A stretch of 64,000 nucleotides of DNA, taken from assembly GCA_964016885.1 (NCBI GenBank), contig OZ024744.1, forward strand, positions 47,430,001 through 47,494,000, given 5' to 3'. Under the pieces are notes generated by a model that saw only the letters and a program-made list of their open reading frames with translations, had not been told where the DNA came from and ran no database searches. Numbering within the stretch: position 1 is the stretch's first letter; every line of letters begins with the position of its first letter. The translations under genes were made by a program, and so were the position numbers. This document shows positions 24,581 through 37,300 of the stretch, one piece after another. Origin of the DNA: Eledone cirrhosa (Eukaryota).

Positions 24581-27500
24581 GGGTTGGGTGCTTTTTGCAG
24601 TGTCTTTCAAACGTCCACTTTACAGTGTGGCTGGGTGCTTTTTGCTGTGTCTTTCACATGTCCACTTTATAGTGTGGGCTGGGTGCTTTTTGCAGTGTCT
24701 TTCACACGTCCACTTTACAGTGTGGGCTGGGTGCTTTTTGCTGTGTCTTTCACATGTCCACTTTACAGTGTGGGCTGGGTGCTTTTTGCTGTGTCTTTCA
24801 CACGTCCACTTTACAGTGTGGGCTGGGTGCTTTTTGCTGTGTCTTTCACATGTCCACTTTACAGTGTGGGCTGGGTGCTTTTTGCAGTGTCTATCACACG
24901 TCCACTTTAGAGTGTGGGCTGCGTGCTTTTTGCTGTGTCTTTCACATGTCCACATTACAATGTGGGCTGGGTGCTTTTTGCTGTGCCTTTCACATGTCCA
25001 CTTTACAGTGTGGGCTGGGTGGTTGTTGCTGTGTCTTTCTCACGTCCACTTTACAGTGTGGGCTGGGTGCTTTTTGCTGTGTCTTTCACACGTCAACTTT
25101 ACAGTGTGGGCTGTGTGCTTTTTGCAGTGTCTTTCACACGTCCACTTTACAGTGTGGGCTGGGTGCTTTTTGCTGTGTCTTTAACATGTCCACTTTACAG
25201 TGTCGGCTGGGTGATTTTTGTTGTGTCTTTCACATGTCCACTTTACAGTGTGGGCTGGGTGCTTTTTACAGTGTCTTTCACATGTCCACTTTACAGTGTG
25301 GGCTGTGTTATTTTTGCTGTGTCTTTCACATGTCCACTTTACAGTGTGGGCTGGGTGCTTTTTGCTGTGTCTTTCACACCTCCACTTTACAGTGTGGGCT
25401 GGGTTCTTTTTGCTGTGTCTTTCACACGTCCACTTTACAGTGTGGGCTGCGTGCTTTTTGCTGTGTCTTTCACATGTCCACTTTACAGTGCGGGCTGGGT
25501 GCTTTTTGCTGTGGCTTTCACATGTCCACTTTACAGTGTGGGCTGGGTGCTTTTTGCTGTGTCTTTCACACGTCCACTTTACAGTATGGGCTGGGTGCTT
25601 TTTGCTGTGTCTTTCACATGTCCACTTTACAGTGTGGGCTGGGTGCTTTTTGCTGTGTCTTTCACACGTCCACTTTACAGTGTGGGCTGGGTGCTTTTTG
25701 CTGTGTCTTTCACACGTCCACTTTACAGTGTGGGCTGCGTGCTTTTTGCTGTGTCTTTCACATGTCCACTTTACAGTGCGGGCTGGGTGCTTTTTGCTGT
25801 GGCTTTCACATGTCCACTTTACAGTGTGGGCTGGGTGCTTTTTGCTGTGTCTTTTACACGTCCACTTTACAGTGTGGGCTGGGTGCTTTTTGCTGTGTCT
25901 TTCACATGTCCACTTTACAATGTGGGCTGGGTGCTTTTTGCTGTGTCTTTCACATGTCCACTTTAGAGTGTGGGCTGTGTGCTTGTTGCTGTGTCTTTCT
26001 CACGTCCACTTTACAGTGTGGGCTGGGTGCTTTTTGCTGTGTCTTTCACATGTCCACTTTAGAGTGTGGGCTGGGTGCTTTTTGCAGTGCCTTTCACACG
26101 TCCACTTTACAGTGTGGGCTGGGTGCTTTTTGCTGTGTCTTTCACATGTCAACTTTACAGTGTGGGCTAGGTGCTTTTTGCTGTGTCTTTCACTTGTCCA
26201 CTTTACAGTGTGAGCTGTGTGCCTTTTGCTGTGTCTTTCACATGTCCACTTTACAATGTGGGCTGGGTGCTTTTTCCTGTGCCTTTCACATGTCCACTTT
26301 ACAGTGTGGGCTGGGTGGTTGTTGCTGTGTCTTTCTCATGTCCACTTTACAGTGTGGGCTGGGTGCTTTTTGCTGTGTCTTTCACACGTCCACTTTACAG
26401 TGTGGGCTGCGTGCTTTTTGCTGTGTCTTTCACATGTCCACTTTACAGTGTGGGCTGGGTGCTTTTTGCAGTGTCTTTCACACGTCCACTTTACAGTGTG
26501 GGCTGCGTGCTTTTTGCTGTGTCTTTCACATGTCCACTTTACAGTGTGGGCTGGGTGCTTTTTGCAGTGTCTTTCACACGTCCACTTTACAGTGTGGGCT
26601 GGGTGCTTTTTTCTGTGTCTTTCACATGTCCACTTCATAGTGTGGGCTGGGTGCTTTTTGCAGTGTCCTTCACACGTCCACTTTACACTGTGGGCAGGGT
26701 GCTTTTTGCTGTGTCTTTCACATGTCCACTTTACAGTGTGGGCTGGGTGCTTTTTGCTGTGTCTTTCACACGTCCACTTTACAGTGTGGGCTGGGTGCTT
26801 TTTGCTGTGTCTTTCACATGTCCACTTTACAATGTGGGCTGGGTGCTTTTTGCTGTGTCTTTCACATGTCCACTTTACAGTGTTGGCTGGGTGCTTTTTG
26901 CAGTGTCTTTAACACGTCCACTTTACAGTGTGGGCTGGGTGCTTTTTTCAGTGTCTTTCACACGTCTACTTTACCATGTGGGCTGGGTGCTTTTTGCTGT
27001 GTCTTTCACATGTCCACTTTACAATGTGGGCTGGGTGCTTTTTGCTGTGTCTTTCACATGTCCACTTTACCGTGTGGGCTGTGTGCTTGTTGCTGTGTCT
27101 TTCTCACGTCCACTTTACAGTGTGGGCTGGGTGCCTTTTGCTGTGTCTTTCACATGTCCACTTTACAGTGTGGGCTGGGTGCTTTTTGCGGTGTCTTTAA
27201 CATGTCCACTTTACAGTGTCGGCTGGGTGGTTGTTGCTGTGTCTTTCTCACGTCCACTTTACAGTGTGGGCTGGGTGCTTTTTGCTGTGTCTTTCACACG
27301 TCCACTTTACAGTGTGGGCTGTGTGCTTTTTGCTGTGTCTTTCACACGTCCACTTTACAGTGTGGGGTGGGTGCTTTTTGCTGTGTCTTTCACACGTCCA
27401 CTTTACAGTGTGGGCTGGGTGCTTTTTGCTGTGTCTTTTACACGTCCACTTTACAGTATGGGCTGGGTGCTTTTTGCTGTGTCTTTCACACGTCCACTTT

Positions 27501-30500
27501 ACAGTGTGGGCTGGGTGCTTTTTGCTTTGTCTTTCACACGTCCACTTTACAGTGTGGGGTGGGTGCTTTTTGCAGTATCTTTCACATATCCACTTTACAG
27601 TGTGGGTTGGGTGCTTTTTGCAGTGTCTTTCAAACGTCCACTTTACAGTGTGGCTGGGTGCTTTTTGCTGTGTCTTTCACATGTCCACTTTATAGTGTGG
27701 GCTGGGTGCTTTTTGCAGTGTCTTTCACACGTCCACTTTACAGTGTGGGCTGGGTGCTTTTTGCTGTGTCTTTCACATGTCCACTTTACAGTGTGGGCTG
27801 GGTGCTTTTTGCTGTGTCTTTCACACGTCCACTTTACAGTGTGGGCTGGGTGCTTTTTGCTGTGTCTTTCACATGTCCACTTTACAGTGTGGGCTGGGTG
27901 CTTTTTGCAGTGTCTATCACACGTCCACTTTAGAGTGTGGGCTGCGTGCTTTTTGCTGTGTCTTTCACATGTCCACATTACAATGTGGGCTGGGTGCTTT
28001 TTGCTGTGCCTTTCACATGTCCACTTTACAGTGTGGGCTGGGTGGTTGTTGCTGTGTCTTTCTCACGTCCACTTTACAGTGTGGGCTGGGTGCTTTTTGC
28101 TGTGTCTTTCACACGTCAACTTTACAGTGTGGGCTGTGTGCTTTTTGCAGTGTCTTTCACACGTCCACTTTACAGTGTGGGCTGGGTGCTTTTTGCTGTG
28201 TCTTTAACATGTCCACTTTACAGTGTCGGCTGGGTGATTTTTGTTGTGTCTTTCACATGTCCACTTTACAGTGTGGGCTGGGTGCTTTTTACAGTGTCTT
28301 TCACATGTCCACTTTACAGTGTGGGCTGTGTTATTTTTGCTGTGTCTTTCACATGTCCACTTTACAGTGTGGGCTGGGTGCTTTTTGCTGTGCCTTTCAC
28401 ACCTCCACTTTACAGTGTGGGCTGGGTGCTTTTTGCTGTGTCTTTCACACGTCCACTTTACAGTGTGGGCTGCGTGCTTTTTGCTGTGTCTTTCACATGT
28501 CCACTTTACAGTGCGGGCTGGGTGCTTTTTGCTGTGGCTTTCACATGTCCACTTTACAGTGTGGGCTGGGTGCTTTTTGCTGTGTCTTTCACACGTCCAC
28601 TTTACAGTATGGGCTGGGTGCTTTTTGCTGTGTCTTTCACATGTCCACTTTACAGTGTGGGCTGGGTGCTTTTTGCTGTGTCTTTCACACGTCCACTTTA
28701 CAGTGTGGGCTGGGTGCTTTTTGCTGTGTCTTTCACACGTCCACTTTACAGTGTGGGCTGCGTGCTTTTTGCTGTGTCTTTCACATGTCCACTTTACAGT
28801 GCGGGCTGGGTGCTTTTTGCTGTGGCTTTCACATGTCCACTTTACAGTGTGGGCTGGGTGCTTTTTGCTGTGTCTTTCACACGTCCACTTTACAGTATGG
28901 GCTGGGTGCTTTTTGCTGTGTCTTTTACACGTCCACTTTACAGTGTGGGCTGGGTGCTTTTTGCTGTGTCTTTCACATGTCCACTTTACAATGTGGGCTG
29001 GGTGCTTTTTGCTGTGTCTTTCACATGTCCACTTTACAATGTGGGCTGGGTGCTTTTTCCTGTGCCTTTCACATGTCCACTTTACAGTGTGGGCTGGGTG
29101 CTTTTTGCTGTGTCTTTCACATGTCCACTTTACAGTGTGGGCTGGGTGCTTTTTGCAGTGTCTTTCACACGTCCACTTTACAGTGTGGGCTGGGTGCTTT
29201 TTTCTGTGTCTTTCACATGTCCACTTCATAGTGTGGGCTGGGTGCTTTTTGCAGTGTCCTTCACACGTCCACTTTACACTGTGGGCAGGGTGCTTTTTGC
29301 TGTGTCTTTCACATGTCCACTTTACAGTGTGGGCTGGGTGCTTTTTGCTGTGTCTTTCACACGTCCACTTTACAGTGTGGGCTGGGTGCTTTTTGCTGTG
29401 TCTTTCACATGTCCACTTTACAATGTGGGCTGGGTGCTTTTTGCTGTGTCTTTCACATGTCCACTTTACAGTGTTGGCTGGGTGCTTTTTGCAGTGTCTT
29501 TAACACGTCCACTTTACAGTGTGGGCTGGCTGCTTTTTTCAGTGTCTTTCACACGTCTACTTTACCATGTGGGCTGGGTGCTTTTTGCTGTGTCTTTCAC
29601 ATGTCCACTTTACAATGTGGGCTGGGTGCTTTTTGCTGTGTCTTTCACATGTCCACTTTACCGTGTGGGCTGTGTGCTTGTTGCTGTGTCTTTCTCACGT
29701 CCACTTTACAGTGTGGGCTGGGTGCCTTTTGCTGTGTCTTTCACATGTCCACTTTACAGTGTGGGCTGGGTGCTTTTTGCGGTGTCTTTAACATGTCCAC
29801 TTTACAGTGTCGGCTGGGTGGTTGTTGCTGTGTCTTTCTCACGTCCACTTTACAGTGTGGGCTGGGTGCTTTTTGCTGTGTCTTTCACACGTCCACTTTA
29901 CAGTGTGGGCTGTGTGCTTTTTGCTGTGTCTTTCACACGTCCACTTTACAGTGTGGGGTGGGTGCTTTTTGCTGTGTCTTTCACACGTCCACTTTACAGT
30001 GTGGGCTGGGTGCTTTTTGCTGTGTCTTTTACACGTCCACTTTACAGTATGGGCTGGGTGCTTTTTGCTGTGTCTTTCACACGTCCACTTTACAGTGTGG
30101 GCTGGGTGCTTTTTGCTTTGTCTTTCACACGTCCACTTTACAGTGTGGGGTGGGTGCTTTTTGCAGTATCTTTCACATATCCACTTTACAGTGTGGGTTG
30201 GGTGCTTTTTGCAGTGTCTTTCAAACGTCAACTTTACAGTGTGGCTGGGTGCTTTTTGCTGTGTCTTTCACATGTCCACTTTATAGTGTGGGCTGGGTGC
30301 TTTTTGCAGTGTCTTTCACACGTCCACTTTACAGTGTGGGCTGGGTGCTTTTTGCTGTGTCTTTCACATGTCCACTTTACAGTGTGGGCTGGGTGCTTTT
30401 TGCTGTGTCTTTCACACGTCCACTTTACAGTGTGGGCTGGGTGCTTTTTGCTGTGTCTTTCACATGTCCACTTTACAGTGTGGGCTGGGTGCTTTTTGCA

Positions 30501-33500
30501 GTGTCTATCACACGTCCACTTTAGAGTGTGGGCTGCGTGCTTTTTGCTGTGTCTTTCACATGTCCACATTACAATGTGGGCTGGGTGCTTTTTGCTGTGC
30601 CTTTCACATGTCCACTTTACAGTGTGGGCTGGGTGGTTGTTGCTGTGTCTTTCTCACGTCCACTTTACAGTGTGGGCTGGGTGCTTTTTGCTGTGTCTTT
30701 CACACGTCAACTTTACAGTGTGGGCTGTGTGCTTTTTGCAGTGTCTTTCACACGTCCACTTTACAGTGTGGGCTGGGTGCTTTTTGCTGTGTCTTTAACA
30801 TGTCCACTTTACAGTGTCGGCTGGGTGATTTTTGTTGTGTCTTTCACATGTCCACTTTACAGTGTGGGCTGGGTGCTTTTTACAGTGTCTTTCACATGTC
30901 CACTTTACAGTGTGGGCTGTGTTATTTTTGCTGTGTCTTTCACATGTCCACTTTACAGTGTGGGCTGGGTGCTTTTTGCTGTGCCTTTCACACCTCCACT
31001 TTACAGTGTGGGCTGGGTGCTTTTTGCTGTGTCTTTCACACGTCCACTTTACAGTGTGGGCTGAGTGCTTTTTGCTGTGTCTTTCACATGTCCACTTTAC
31101 AGTGCGGGCTGGGTGCTTTTTGCTGTGGCTTTCACATGTCCACTTTACAGTGTGGGCTGGGTGCTTTTTGCTGTGTCTTTCACACGTCCACTTTACAGTA
31201 TGGGCTGGGTGCTTTTTGCTGTGTCTTTCACATGTCCACTTTACAGTGTGGGCTGGGTGCTTTTTGCTGTGTCTTTCACACGTCCACTTTACAGTGTGGG
31301 CTGGGTGCTTTTTGCTGTGTCTTTCACACGTCCACTTTACAGTGTGGGCTGCGTGCTTTTTGCTGTGTCTTTCACATGTCCACTTTACAGTGCGGGCTGG
31401 GTGCTTTTTGCTGTGGCTTTCACATGTCCACTTTACAGTGTGGGCTGGGTGCTTTTTGCTGTGTCTTTCACACGTCCACTTTACAGTATGGGCTGGGTGC
31501 TTTTTGCTGTGTCTTTTACACGTCCACTTTACAGTGTGGGCTGGGTGCTTTTTGCTGTGTCTTTCACATGTCCACTTTACAATGTGGGCTGGGTGCTTTT
31601 TGCTGTGTCTTTCACATGTCCACTTTACAATGTGGGCTGGGTGCTTTTTCCTGTGCCTTTCACATGTCCACTTTACAGTGTGGGCTGGGTGCTTTTTGCT
31701 GTGTCTTTCACATGTCCACTTTACAGTGTGGGCTGGGTGCTTTTTGCAGTGTCTTTCACACGTCCACTTTACAGTGTGGGCTGCGTGCTTTTTGCTGTGT
31801 CTTTCACATGTCCACTTTACAGTGCGGGCTGGGTGCTTTTTGCTGTGTCTTTCACATGTCCACTTTACAGTGTGGGATGGGTGCTTTTTGCTGTGTCTTT
31901 CACACGTCCACTTTACAGTATGGGCTGGGTGCTTTTTGCTGTGTCTTTCACACGTCCACTTTACAGTGTGGGCTTGGTGCTTTTTGCTGTGTCTTTCACA
32001 TGTCCACTTTACAATGTGGGCTGGGTGCTTTTTGCTGTGTCTTTCACATGTCCACTTTACAGTGTGGGCTGGGTGCTTGTTGCTGTGTCTTTCTCACGTC
32101 CACTTTACAGTGTGGGCTGGGTGCTTTTTGCTGAGTCTTTCACATGTCCACTTTACAGTGTGGGCTGGGTGGTTGTTGCTGTGCCTTTCTCACGTCCACT
32201 TTACAGTGTGGGCTGGGTGCTTTTTGCTGTGTCTTTCACACGTCCACTTTACTGTTTGGGCTGCGTGCTTTTTGCTGTCTCTTTCACATGTCCACTTTAC
32301 AGTGTGGGCTGGGTGCTTTTTGCTGTGTCTTTCACATGTCCACTTTACAATGTGGGCTGGGTGCTTTTTGCTCTGTCTTTCACATATCCACTTTACAGTG
32401 TGGATTGGGTGCTTTTTGCAGTGTCTTTCACACGTCCACTTTAGAGTGTGGGCTGGGTGGTTGTTGCTGTGTCTTTCTCACGTCCACTTTACAGTGTGGG
32501 CTGGGTGCTTTTTGCTGTGTCTTTCACACGTCAACTTTACAGTGTGGGCTGTGTGCTTTTTGCAGTGTCTTTCACACGTCCACTTTACAGTGTGGGCTGG
32601 GTGCTTTTTGCTGTGTCTTTAACATGTCCACTTCACAGTGTCGGCTGGGTGGTTGTTGCTGTGTCTTTCTCACGTCCACTTTACAGTGTGGGCTGGGTGC
32701 TTTTTGCTGTGTCTTTCACACGTCCACTTTACAGTGTGGGCTGTGTGCTTTTTGCTGTGTCTTTCACACGTCCACTTTACAGTGTGGGGTGGGTGCTTTT
32801 TGCTGTGTCTTTCACACGTCCACTTAACAGTGTGGTCTGGGTGCTTTTTGCTGTGTCTTTTACACGTCCACTTTACAGTATGGGCTGGGTGCTTTTTGCT
32901 GTGTCTTTCACACGTCCACTTTACAGTGTGGGCTGGGTGCTTTTTGCTTTGTCTTTCACACGTCCACTTTACAGCGTGGGGTGGGTGCTTTTTGCTGTAT
33001 CTTTCACATATCCACTTTACAGTGTGGGTTGGGTGCTTTTTGCAGTGTCTTTCAAACGTCCACTTTACAGTGTGGCTGGGTGCTTTTTGCTGTGTCTTTC
33101 ACATGTCCACTTTATAGTGTGGGCTGGGTGCTTTTTGCAGTGTCTTTCACACGTCCACTTTACAGTGTGGGCTGGGTGCTTTTTGCTGTGTCTTTCACAT
33201 GTCCACTTTACAGTGTGGGCTGGGTGCTTTTTGCTGTGTCTTTCACACGTCCACTTTACAGTGTGGGCTGGGTGCTTTTTGCTGTGTCTTTCACATGTCC
33301 ACTTTACAGTGTGGGCTGGGTGCTTTTTGCAGTGTCTATCACACGTCCACTTTAGAGTGTGGGCTGCGTGCTTTTTGCTGTGTCTTTCACATGTCCACTT
33401 TACAATGTGGGCTGGGTGCTTTTTGCTGTGCCTTTCACATGTCCACTTTACAGTGTGGGCTGGGTGGTTGTTGCTGTGTCTTTCTCACGTCCACTTTACA

Positions 33501-36500
33501 GTGTGGGCTGGGTGCTTTTTGCTGTGTCTTTCACACGTCAACTTTGCAGTGTGGGCTGTGTGCTTTTTGCAGTGTCTTTCACACGTCCACTTTACAGTGT
33601 GGGCTGGGTGCTTTTTGCTGTGTCTTTAACATGTCCACTTTACAGTGTGGGCTGGGTGATTTTTGTTGTGTCTTTCACATGTCCACTTTACAGTGTGGGC
33701 TGGGTGCTTCTTACAGTGTCTTTCACATGTCCACTTTACAGTGTGGGCTGTGTTCTTTTTGCTGTGTCTTTCACATGTCCACTTTACAGTGTGGGCTGGG
33801 TGCTTTTTGCTGTGTCTTTCACACGTCCACTTTACAGTGTGGGCTGGGTGCTTTTTGCAGTGTCTTTCACACGTCCACTTTACAGTGTGGGCTGGGTGCT
33901 TTTTACTGTGTCTTTCACATGTCCACTTTACAGTGTGGGTTGGGTGCTTTTGCTGTGTCTTTCACTTGTACATTTTACAGTGTGGGCTGTGTGCTTTTTG
34001 CTGTGTCTTTCACATGTCCACTTTACAATGTGGGCTGGGTGCTTTTTGCTGTGCCTTTCACATGTCCACTTTACAGTGTGGGCTGGGTAGTTGTTGCTGT
34101 GTCTTTCTCACGTCCACTTTACAGTGTGGGCTGGGTGCTTTTTGCTATGTCTTTCACACGTCAACTTTACAGTGTGGGCTGGGTGCTTTTTGCTATGTCT
34201 TTCACATGTCCACTTTACAGTGTGGGCTGTGTGCTTTTTGCAGTGTCTTTCACATGTCCACTTTACAGTGTGGGCTGGGTGCTTTTTGCTGTGTCTTTAA
34301 CATGTCCACTTTACAGTTTCGGCTGGGTGATTTTTGCTGTGTCTTTCACATGTCCACTTTACAGTGTGGGCTGGGTGCTTTTTACAGTGTCTTTCACACG
34401 TCCATTTTACAGTGTGGGCTGGGTGCTTTTTGCTGTGTCTTTCACACGTCCACTTTACTGTTTGGGCTGCGTGCTTTTTGCTGTCTCTTTCACATGTCCA
34501 CTTTACAGTGTGGGCTGGGTGCTTTTTGCTGTGTCTTTCACATGTCCACTTTACAATGTGGGCTGGGTGCTTTTTGCTCTGTCTTTCACATATCCACTTT
34601 ACAGTGTGGATTGGGTGCTTTTTGCAGTGTCTTTCACACGTCCACTTTAGAGTGTGGGCTGGGTGGTTGTTGCTGTGTCTTTCTCACGTCCACTTTACAG
34701 TGTGGGCTGGGTGCTTTTTGCTGTGTCTTTCACACGTCAACTTTACAGTGTGGGCTGTGTGCTTTTTGCAGTGTCTTTCACACGTCCACTTTACAGTGTG
34801 GGCTGGGTGCTTTTTGCTGTGTCTTTAACATGTCCACTTCACAGTGTCGGCTGGGTGGTTGTTGCTGTGTCTTTCTCACGTCCACTTTACAGTGTGGGCT
34901 GGGTGCTTTTTGCTGTGTCTTTCACACGTCCACTTTACAGTGTGGGCTGTGTGCTTTTTGCTGTGTCTTTCACACGTCCACTTTACAGTGTGGGGTGGGT
35001 GCTTTTTGCTGTGTCTTTCACACGTCCACTTTACAGTGTGGTCTGGGTGCTTTTTGCTGTGTCTTTTACACGTCCACTTTACAGTATGGGCTGGGTGCTT
35101 TTTGCTGTGTCTTTCACACGTCCACTTTACAGTGTGGGCTGGGTGCTTTTTGCTTTGTCTTTCACACGTCCACTTTACAGCGTGGGGTGGGTGCTTTTTG
35201 CTGTATCTTTCACATATCCACTTTACAGTGTGGGTTGGGTGCTTTTTGCAGTGTCTTTCAAACGTCCACTTTACAGTGTGGCTGGGTGCTTTTTGCTGTG
35301 TCTTTCACATGTCCACTTTATAGTGTGGGCTGGGTGCTTTTTGCAGTGTCTTTCACACGTCCACTTTACAGTGTGGGCTGGGTGATTTTTGCTGTGTCTT
35401 TCACATGTCCACTTTACAGTGTGGGCTGGGTGCTTTTTGCTGTGTCTTTCACACGTCCACTTTACAGTGTGGGCTGGGTGCTTTTTGCTGTGTCTTTCAC
35501 ATGTCCACTTTACAGTGTGGGCTGGGTGCTTTTTGCAGTGTCTATCACACGTCCACTTTAGAGTGTGGGCTGCGTGCTTTTTGCTGTGTCTTTCACATGT
35601 CCACTTTACAATGTGGGCTGGGTGCTTTTTGCTGTGCCTTTCACATGTCCACTTTACAGTGTGGGCTGGGTGGTTGTTGCTGTGTCTTTCTCACGTCCAC
35701 TTTACAGAGTGGGCTGGGTGCTTTTTGCTGTGTCTTTCACACGTCAACTTTCCAGTGTGGGCTGTGTGCTTTTTGCAGTGTCTTTCACACGTCCACTTTA
35801 CAGTGTGGGCTGGGTGCTTTTTGCTGTGTCTTTAACATGTCCACTTTACAGTGTGGGCTGGGTGATTTTTGTTGTGTCTTTCACATGTCCACTTTACAGT
35901 GTGGGCTGGGTGCTTCTTACAGTGTCTTTCACATGTCCACTTTACAGTGTGGGCTGGGTGCTTTTTGCTGTGTCTTTCACACGTCCACTTTACAGTGTGG
36001 GCTGGGTGCTTTTTGCAGTGTCTTTCACACGTCCACTTTACAGTGTGGGCTGGGTGCTTTTTGCTGTGTCTTTCACATGTCCACTTTACAGTGTGGGTTG
36101 GGTGCTTTTGCTGTGTCTTTCACTTGTACATTTTACAGTGTGGGCTGTGTGCTTTTTGCTGTGTCTTTCACATGTCCACTTTACAATGTGGGCTGGGTGC
36201 TTTTTGCTGTGCCTTTCACATGTCCACTTTACAGTGTGGGCTGGGTAGTTGTTGCTGTGTCTTTCTCACGTCCACTTTACAGTGTGGGCTGGGTGCTTTT
36301 TGCTATGTCTTTCACACGTCAACTTTACAGTGTGGGCTGGGTGCTTTTTGCTATGTCTTTCACATGTCCACTTTACAGTGTGGGCTGTGTGCTTTTTGCA
36401 GTGTCTTTCACATGTCCACTTTACAGTGTGGGCTGGGTGCTTTTTGCTGTGTCTTTAACATGTCCACTTTACAGTTTCGGCTGGGTGATTTTTGCTGTGT

Positions 36501-37300
36501 CTTTCACATGTCCACTCTACAGTGTGGGCTGGGTGCTTTTTACAGTGTCTTTCACACGTCCATTTTACAGTGTGGGCTGGGTGCTTTTTGCTGTGTCTTT
36601 CACATGTCCACTTTACAGTGTGGGCTGGGTGCTTTTTGCTGTGTCTTTCACATGTCCACTTTACAGTGTGGGCTGGGTGCTTTTTGCTGTGTCTTTCACA
36701 GGTCCACTTTATAGTGTGGGCTGGGTGCTTTTTTCAGTGTCTTTCACACGTCCAGTTTACAGTGTGGGCTGGGTGCCTTTTGCAGTGTCTTTCACATGTC
36801 CACTTTACAGTGTGGGCTGGGTGCTTTTTGCTGTGTCTTTCACACGTCCACTTTACAGTGTGGGGTGGGTGCTTTTTGCGGTGTCTTTTACACGTCCACT
36901 TTACAGTGTGGGCTGGGTGCTTTTTGCTGTGTCTTTCACACGTCCACTTTACAGTGTGGGCTGGCTGCTTTTTGCTGTGTCTTTCACACGTCCACTTTAC
37001 AGTGTGGGGTGGGTGCTTTTTGCTGTGTCTTTCACACGTCCACTTTACAGTGTGGGCTGGGTGCTTTTTGCTGTGTCTTTTACACGTCCACTTTACAGTA
37101 TGGGCTGGGTGCTTTTTGCTGTGTCTTTCACACGTCCACTTTACAGTGTGGGCTGGGTGCTTTTTGCTTTGTCTTTCACACGTCCACTTTACAGTGTGGG
37201 GTGGGTGCTTTTTGCTGTATCTTTCACATATCCACTTTACAGTGTGGGTTGGGTGCTTTTTGCAGTGTCTTTCAAACGTCCACTTTACAGTGTGGCTGGG
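23540..37300. repeat. Series of related 2.0-3.0 kb higher-order blocks
   Basis: Near-identical ORFs lie at 23699/26722/29313 (offsets 3023, 2591) and 24193/27216/29807/32638/34844 (offsets 3023, 2591, 2831, 2206). Each block carries the 47-bp G-deletion monomer caaacgtccactttacagtgtggctggg. Confidence 0.88.
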